From Candidatus Undinarchaeota archaeon (lineage in GTDB: Archaea > SpSt-1190 > JASMDC01), in assembly GCA_964519305.1 (NCBI GenBank), contig CAZFHY010000017.1:17577-81576 (forward strand): a DNA stretch of 64,000 bases, given 5' to 3'. Under the pieces are notes generated by a model. It had not been told where the DNA came from and searched no databases. It saw only the letters and a program-made list of their open reading frames with translations. Positions 58,425-64,000 of the stretch are shown piece after piece. Numbering within the stretch: the first letter of the stretch is position 1; the number at the start of each line of letters is the position of its first letter. A program made the translations under genes and the position numbers.

Positions 58425-59660
58425 ATGCGCGACCTGATCGATCGGTTCCTGGATTATGTCAAGGTGGAGACTACCTCGGACGAGGGGTCTGACACCTTCC
58501 CGAGCACCCCCGGGCAGAGGGTGCTGGGGCAGAAGCTGGTGGACGAGCTGCATGGGCTGGGCATCTCTGACGCGGCCATGGACGCCAACGGTTACGTGTT
58601 CGCCACGCTGTCGGGTAATCTCGATGACAACTCGGCCGCTCCCGTGGTGGGCTTCCTCGCTCATATGGACACGTCCGACGGTGCATCGGGCAAGGACGTG
58701 AAGCCCATCGTGCACCGCGACTACCAGGGTGGCGACATAGTGCTCCCCGGCGATCAGTCGGTGGTCATCACCGAGGCCGACAACCCGGACCTCGCCAACT
58801 ACGTCGGCCAGGACATCATTACCGCCGACGGCACCACGCTCCTTGGCGCTGACGATAAAGCTGGTGTCGCCGAGATAATGACCGCCGTGGAGTATCTGCT
58901 CGCTCACCCGGAGATCAAGCATGGGGACATCCGTATCGGGTTCACTCCGGACGAAGAGATCGGCCAGGGGACCGACCACTTCGACGTGGCCGCCTTCGGA
59001 GCGGACGTGGCCTACACTATCGATGGAGGTCGTCTCGGTGAGCTGGAGAACGAGAACTTCAACGCCGCTACTGCCGTGTACACTATCAATGGCGTGAACG
59101 TCCACCCGGGCGATGCGTACGGCAAGATGAAGAACGCAGCCCTCATCACCGGCGAGCTCACTCAGATGCTACCCGCCGACGAGACACCCGCCACGACCCG
59201 CGACCGGGAGGGGTTCTTCCACCTCTACGAGATGAAGGCCGATGAGTCCGAGGGAACGCTCAAGTACCTCGTCAGGGACCATGACGCTGCGAGGTTCGAG
59301 GAACGTAAGGACCAGCTACAGCTGTACGCCGACTTCCTCAACGTCGTGCACGGTACCGGCACCGTCGAGCTCACTATCACCGACTCATACAAGAACATGA
59401 AAGAGGTGCTCGACCAGCACCCCGAGGCCACCGAGAACGCAGCTGTTGCCTACCGGAGGGCCGGAGTGGAGCCCGAGATCGTCCCGATCCGCGGAGGCAC
59501 CGATGGTGCCCGCCTCTCGTTCATGGGGCTGCCCTGTCCGAACGTGTTCACCGGTGGTCACAACTACCACGGGAAGCTCGAGTACATCCCGGTCCAGTCC
59601 ATGGAGAAGGCCGTTGATGTGATAGTCAACATCGCCGAGGTCTACGCCGAGGGCGTATAG
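58425..59660 (+). CDS. pepT: peptidase T
   Basis: AHMDTS, LLGADDKAG, FTPDEEIG, ENFNAA, IRGGTDG. Confidence 0.96.
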   Translation: MRDLIDRFLDYVKVETTSDEGSDTFPSTPGQRVLGQKLVDELHGLGISDAAMDANGYVFATLSGNLDDNSAAPVVGFLAHMDTSDGASGKDVKPIVHRDYQGGDIVLPGDQSVVITEADNPDLANYVGQDIITADGTTLLGADDKAGVAEIMTAVEYLLAHPEIKHGDIRIGFTPDEEIGQGTDHFDVAAFGADVAYTIDGGRLGELENENFNAATAVYTINGVNVHPGDAYGKMKNAALITGELTQMLPADETPATTRDREGFFHLYEMKADESEGTLKYLVRDHDAARFEERKDQLQLYADFLNVVHGTGTVELTITDSYKNMKEVLDQHPEATENAAVAYRRAGVEPEIVPIRGGTDGARLSFMGLPCPNVFTGGHNYHGKLEYIPVQSMEKAVDVIVNIAEVYAEGV

Positions 59661-59705
59661 GGCACCTTCCATACAGGATTAAAAGCACAAGCCTCCTTTC
59701 ATAGG

Positions 59706-60215
59706 ATGATGAGCGCTGACGTCAGGGGCCTGACATTTGTCACCGTTGTACTGGCGCTGGTCATGTTCTCAGGCTGTCAACAGGGACCTGCAGGACCTAC
59801 CGGGCCGTCACCGTCGTCCATCCCGGCAGCGACCTCTGAGGCGGTCATATCACCGACGGTAGTGCCCACACAATCGCCGACCGTGGCCGCTCCCGTCGTC
59901 CGGGACATGTCCCCCGGAGAGCTGCAGAGCAAGCTCGAGGGCGGTGAGAACCCGTTCATGCTCAACGTCCTGGGGTACGATATCCCTCAGATACCGGGCA
60001 CGGACCTCGCCATACCGCTGCAGAGGCTCGAGGGGCATCCCAAGCTCCCGGCACGGAAGGACGAGCACATAGTCGTGTACTGCCAGGCGGGAGTGACGAG
60101 CCGGACGGGCACTGACATCCTGCAACAGATGGGTTACACGAACATAACGAACCTCGACGGTGGTCTGGACGCCTGGGACCGCGAGTTCGCAGGGACCGAG
60201 TGGGCCAGTCGTTAG
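59706..60215 (+). CDS. rhodanese-domain lipoprotein
   Basis: Lipobox FSGC, P/T linker, IVVYCQAGVTS, LDGGLDAW. Confidence 0.85.
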   Translation: MMSADVRGLTFVTVVLALVMFSGCQQGPAGPTGPSPSSIPAATSEAVISPTVVPTQSPTVAAPVVRDMSPGELQSKLEGGENPFMLNVLGYDIPQIPGTDLAIPLQRLEGHPKLPARKDEHIVVYCQAGVTSRTGTDILQQMGYTNITNLDGGLDAWDREFAGTEWASR

Positions 60216-61258
60216 TCTTTTTTAAGGAAGCCACCCGCTACGAGGCGCTGCTTCGGATCGTTGAGCTGTGCTATAAGGAACCTGTCGTAAGCACGATAGG
60301 CGAGCTCCCTCGCGGTCGTCAGCGTGACCGTGCACGTGCTGCCCGGAGGCGCCTTGTCCGTCTCCTTACCATCGATCACGATACGTGCCACGGTGGCGGG
60401 CGAGGACTGGAGACCGACGAACAGGTGGACAGTATCTCGCGTGGCGAGCCTGGATGTGAAGGGCGAGAGCCGTGCTTCGATCTCGAACTTGTTACCGATG
60501 CTCTCCTGCGCCGATATGAGATAGCCCCGGTCGAAGTCCTTGGCCCGACCGCCCTTGAGACATAGGCCAACACGAGTCCCGGCAGGGGCCTTGTCCACGT
60601 CCTCGTCATTGCACTGGATGGAGCGTATCTCGACACCGAACTCCGGGGGGTAGACCATCATCGCGTCACGCTTGGCGATCACACCGCGGTCCACATGACC
60701 GAGGATGACGCACCCGACGCCCTTGACCGTGAAGAAGTGGTCCACAATGACCCGGGAGTGGTCATCGGCGAGCTTTGCACGGTCCTCCTTGGCCACGACG
60801 GTCAGCTCGGCAAGTCGCTCGTGGAGCAGGTCCATCCCTGAGAACGTAGTGGATGAGACCGGGACGATCCCCCAGTCCTCCATGGACGTCCCCTTGGCGA
60901 CCGCGGACACCTTGTCGGCCAGCTCTGTCAGGGCGACAGGGAACGACTCGTCCGCGCGGGTGAGGACGAACAGACCGCGCTGCTTCTCGAGCAGGTCGAG
61001 CGCTACGATGCACTCGCCTGTCCGGGCCGTGAGGCCGGAGGATGGGACGCACACTATGACGATGTCGGCCATGTTCGCCGCCTGGACCAGGCTCTTGATC
61101 GATTCCGGGTACTTCTTCACGTCAACGAAGGTGAACACGCTGTCACCCTTTACGAGGTTGAAGAAGGTGATGTCCGAGTCGGTCCCCTTCTTTCCCAACC
61201 TCCCGGCGAGCGTTGAGACACCGACCCCTTCATCGCCCACAATGGCAACTGTCGTCAT
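60212..61258 (-). CDS. archaeal SelB-like translation factor (aSelBL)
   Basis: LGKKGTDSDITFFN, YPESIKSL, DHFFTVKGVGCVILG, IRSIQ, GTRVGL. Confidence 0.85.
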   Translation of the reverse strand: MTTVAIVGDEGVGVSTLAGRLGKKGTDSDITFFNLVKGDSVFTFVDVKKYPESIKSLVQAANMADIVIVCVPSSGLTARTGECIVALDLLEKQRGLFVLTRADESFPVALTELADKVSAVAKGTSMEDWGIVPVSSTTFSGMDLLHERLAELTVVAKEDRAKLADDHSRVIVDHFFTVKGVGCVILGHVDRGVIAKRDAMMVYPPEFGVEIRSIQCNDEDVDKAPAGTRVGLCLKGGRAKDFDRGYLISAQESIGNKFEIEARLSPFTSRLATRDTVHLFVGLQSSPATVARIVIDGKETDKAPPGSTCTVTLTTARELAYRAYDRFLIAQLNDPKQRLVAGGFLKKD

Positions 61259-61323
61259 CGATACGAGCACGCGGCGAAAGAGGTAAAAACCTATTGCCGA
61301 CGACCGCCCCTGCGCACGGACAC

Positions 61324-62238
61324 CTAGAACAGTATGTGGAAGATGTACTCCGTGACCTCGACCTCTACGATGGCGGCCGTGAATAACATCACGAAAGCGC
61401 AGAGATAGGCCGGTGCTAGACGGGTCGCGACATCACGGGGACCCTCTGTAGCCTCCTTATCGACCAGTAGCCAGAAGACGGTACGCCACCAGGTGACGAA
61501 CACCGCGGCTATCAGGAATATACCCGGGAGCTCGAGCACGCCGTGGGGTACGAGCAGGGGGATGGTCATAGGGAAAGGGAGGTCATCATCCCCGGCAACG
61601 ACAGAGCCGACGACATACCCGTTGACCACCATCGACAGCAGGGGCATGAAGCAGGCGGCCGCGGCCATCATGGCCACGGCGACATAGGCGAGCCGACCGC
61701 GCTCCGCCATGGGACGATACCAATGAAAGACGCGGGCTACAAGGTAGAGCACCAGTCCCGGGAAAGTGAACGAGAATGATGACATCCCGAAGTTGTTGAG
61801 GAACAGGAAGATGTACGAGAGCTTGAACCCGCCATCCGCCGTCTCCTCGATGACATACTCGGCCAGGGGGGAGGCTTCCAGCAATGCGCGGATGGTGTCG
61901 AAGTCCACGGGCCATATGATCCCCACGATGGCCATCGCCATGAACAGGCCCGCGAGAGCGGCCCAGGTCCCGCGCAATCGCCGCACAGACCTGATCATCC
62001 TTGCAGGACCTGTACCGACTGCTGCGGCCAGCCCCATGAGCAGGGCACCAGCTGAAAGGACCGCGGCCCCTAGGCCGTGGACGGTCTTTATCATGAGCAT
62101 GGTGATATCATCGGGACCGACGGGGCCGTTCCATACACGAGCTCCGATCGAATGATGGACGAGCAGGATCATGACCAATGCGACGATGGTCCTTATCCAT
62201 CTGTCGACGGTCGCGTCCCCGCTGGTCGGCATCACCAC
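61324..62238 (-). CDS. SpoIIM/DUF95 family membrane protein
   Basis: IFLFLNN, VNG, LVPHGVLELP, AAIVEV. Confidence 0.82.
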   Translation of the reverse strand: MVMPTSGDATVDRWIRTIVALVMILLVHHSIGARVWNGPVGPDDITMLMIKTVHGLGAAVLSAGALLMGLAAAVGTGPARMIRSVRRLRGTWAALAGLFMAMAIVGIIWPVDFDTIRALLEASPLAEYVIEETADGGFKLSYIFLFLNNFGMSSFSFTFPGLVLYLVARVFHWYRPMAERGRLAYVAVAMMAAAACFMPLLSMVVNGYVVGSVVAGDDDLPFPMTIPLLVPHGVLELPGIFLIAAVFVTWWRTVFWLLVDKEATEGPRDVATRLAPAYLCAFVMLFTAAIVEVEVTEYIFHILF

Positions 62239-62352
62239 AGCAAAGGGGGGGAGGCAAACGGTTTAATCTGCATTGGTCCGGGAGCCCTTAGAGTTATCAC
62301 TCACCAGTGGTAAAATATATAAAGGGCAGATGGTTAGTCTCTTTCACTCGCC

Positions 62353-62964
62353 ATGGAACTAGGAGATGCCTCTTTCGGGATCGGCCTCCACCACGACGAG
62401 TGCTACGCAGGCGCCGGGGCCGTTTACTCGGAAGCGTACCAGTTCTACCAGGCAACGCCGGTGAAGGACGGCATACTCCTCTACCCCCATCATGATCCCA
62501 ACCTCGAGCAGGCCTACGTGCTCTCCCCCTACAAGACCGCACTTAACACCGGTGAGGTCGATAAGCAACGACAACTGGCGAGCGTGTTCCCCAGCGCTCA
62601 GTACCGCAACGACGTCCTCACCAAGTATACCGACCTCGTCATCACCGGTGGCGATGCACGGCACTGCATGGCGAACATGCTCGAAGAGCTCATCGAGAAC
62701 AGCGACCGTGAAAGGGACATCTACCTGGTGTCCGATGTGATCTACGACTCCTGCCAGACCATGGACCGACAGCTCGAGAAGCAGACCGTTGCCGAGCGAA
62801 TGTTCAACAACGGCTCCCATTACGGTGCCTTCGAGCAACTGAAGGTGCGCACACCCATCGACGTCTACGAGAGGGATGGGACGGTCACGCACATCGAAGG
62901 TGAGAAGGGCAGGCCAACGGTCCGGGTGCACGTGACGAGCATCGAGGACGTCATCGACAGATAG
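62353..62964 (+). CDS. hypothetical protein, divergent isochorismatase/cysteine-hydrolase-like
   Basis: TDLVITGGDARHCM...IYLVSDVI; TATA at ~62316. Confidence 0.7.
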   Translation: MELGDASFGIGLHHDECYAGAGAVYSEAYQFYQATPVKDGILLYPHHDPNLEQAYVLSPYKTALNTGEVDKQRQLASVFPSAQYRNDVLTKYTDLVITGGDARHCMANMLEELIENSDRERDIYLVSDVIYDSCQTMDRQLEKQTVAERMFNNGSHYGAFEQLKVRTPIDVYERDGTVTHIEGEKGRPTVRVHVTSIEDVIDR

Positions 62965-63036
62965 TCTCCGGACGGACCGGAGACGTAGCTTATTTAAGCC
63001 CGAACGCACTTCTTTCACTCACCTGGCGAGAGAGAG

Positions 63037-63843
63037 ATGGTGCGAGACCTCAAAGAGGACCGTGAGCGGTTACTACGGTTCGGGCCGGGGGACAGCCCCG
63101 TCATCCTAAGTGTACCGCACGGTGGCACGACACCCGTCCCCGGGATCGAGGGGCGGCGTGGGAATCCGAAGATCCCCGGAGACTGGGAGTACTTCACAGA
63201 GATAGATGTGAACACGCTCCGGCTAGGGGAACTGGTGAGAGAGCGGATGGCCGAGCATGAGGTGATACCCTTCACGGTCATCACTATGGCTCACAGGCGC
63301 GATCTGGACATCAACCGTAGCTGGGACCACAATCTCCGCGGGTACGAGGCCGCGGGCGTACCGGAGGATGCGATACGACGAGCGAAACACGTGTTCGACG
63401 GTTACCATGACACGATATCCGAGTACATCGGCGATATCCGGGAGCGGTTCGGGCCCAACCTGGTAGAGAACTCGTTCCTCATCGACCTGCACGGGACACA
63501 TCTTGCCAGCGGGGCCCAGATCGAGCTAGGTACTCTACATGGCGTGTCCGCCAAGATCGAGCTCGTCTACCCGGTCGCGTACACCGTGCCCACGCTCTGG
63601 GATGCTTTTGCACAAGCGGGCTTCACGCTCTCAGGGGAGCCGGTCCCCGAGGGAGAGGACCTAGAGGGTTGCTTCGTATCCGCACACCACGGGCGCTTGA
63701 ACCCGGGCGGTCTAAACGCCGTGCTCATCGAGGTCGATATCAGCCTTCGTCAGGAGGACGAGCTCCCACGGACAGCAGCTCGCATCGGTGACGTTCTGGC
63801 AGGTTCCGTTCGCGCAGCGATAGCGCGTGCGGACGTCCAGTAA
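63037..63843 (+). CDS. N-formylglutamate amidohydrolase family
   Basis: ILSVPHGG, HRRDLDINR, YH, LIDLHG, IELGT, IEV. Confidence 0.85.
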   Translation: MVRDLKEDRERLLRFGPGDSPVILSVPHGGTTPVPGIEGRRGNPKIPGDWEYFTEIDVNTLRLGELVRERMAEHEVIPFTVITMAHRRDLDINRSWDHNLRGYEAAGVPEDAIRRAKHVFDGYHDTISEYIGDIRERFGPNLVENSFLIDLHGTHLASGAQIELGTLHGVSAKIELVYPVAYTVPTLWDAFAQAGFTLSGEPVPEGEDLEGCFVSAHHGRLNPGGLNAVLIEVDISLRQEDELPRTAARIGDVLAGSVRAAIARADVQ

Positions 63844-63854
63844 AAGAATGGGAT

Positions 63855-63881
63855 GGCCGGGAGCGAAGAACTCTCCCGGCC
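63855..63881. terminator. hairpin between convergent genes
   Basis: GGCCGGGAG-N9-CTCCCGGCC. Confidence 0.5.
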
Positions 63882-63899
63882 TTTCCGTTGACGAGGTGG

Positions 63900-64000
63900 T
63901 TACTTCTTCTCGTCCTTCTTATCTTCCTCTTCCTCGGGCTCCTCTTCCTTCTTGTCTTCTTCTTCCTCTTCGTCGTCCTCTTCTTCCTCGGGCTCCTCTT
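63900..64000 (-). CDS. 3' end of a gene with a highly acidic low-complexity C-terminus (partial)
   Basis: ...EEPEEEEDDEEEEEDKKEEEPEEEEDKKDEKK-TAA. Confidence 0.7.
   Translation of the reverse strand, partial: EEPEEEEDDEEEEEDKKEEEPEEEEDKKDEKK

Noticed and set aside
1-64000. tRNA, rRNA, SRP or RNase P RNA, IS elements, prophage
   Set aside because: No recognisable signature in the intergenic gaps and no transposase, integrase or capsid motifs; a covariance-model scan was not possible

Overview
GC-rich archaeal chromosome segment. Evidence for archaeal origin: HMf-type histone, Hef/FANCM-like helicase, SelB-like factor, COG1361 S-layer-domain protein, and TATA boxes about 22-30 nt upstream of many starts. 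It is densely coding, with about 68 probable CDS and no rRNA, tRNA, CRISPR array, transposase or integrase that I can recognise. Recognisable content: TrmJ, NDP-sugar enzymes, an aminotransferase, a DUF711/ACT pair, ArsM with an HgcC-like AbrB protein, an RND/COG1361/GbsR locus, a three-subunit xanthine-dehydrogenase-family enzyme with MocA, PurB, RdgB-TldD-PmbA, a fused 5-oxoprolinase, tandem GT-C glycosyltransferases, MetVF, Hef, a histone and PepT. Most unusual observations: (1) a tandem triplet of unrecognised, internally duplicated acidic proteins plus a fourth internally repeated orphan, with candidate operators; (2) a Trm112-like Zn module inserted into the NAD-binding domain of a UDP-sugar dehydrogenase; (3) an ArsR-less arsM module with an HgcC-like Cys-rich AbrB protein and an uncalled 51-aa Cys-rich ORF; (4) a surface protein with a Gln-rich, prion-like cytoplasmic tail; (5) a nitrilase-fold protein missing two of three catalytic residues; (6) a Hef helicase with a winged-helix in place of the nuclease. 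All family calls are by motif recognition from memory; no database searches were run.
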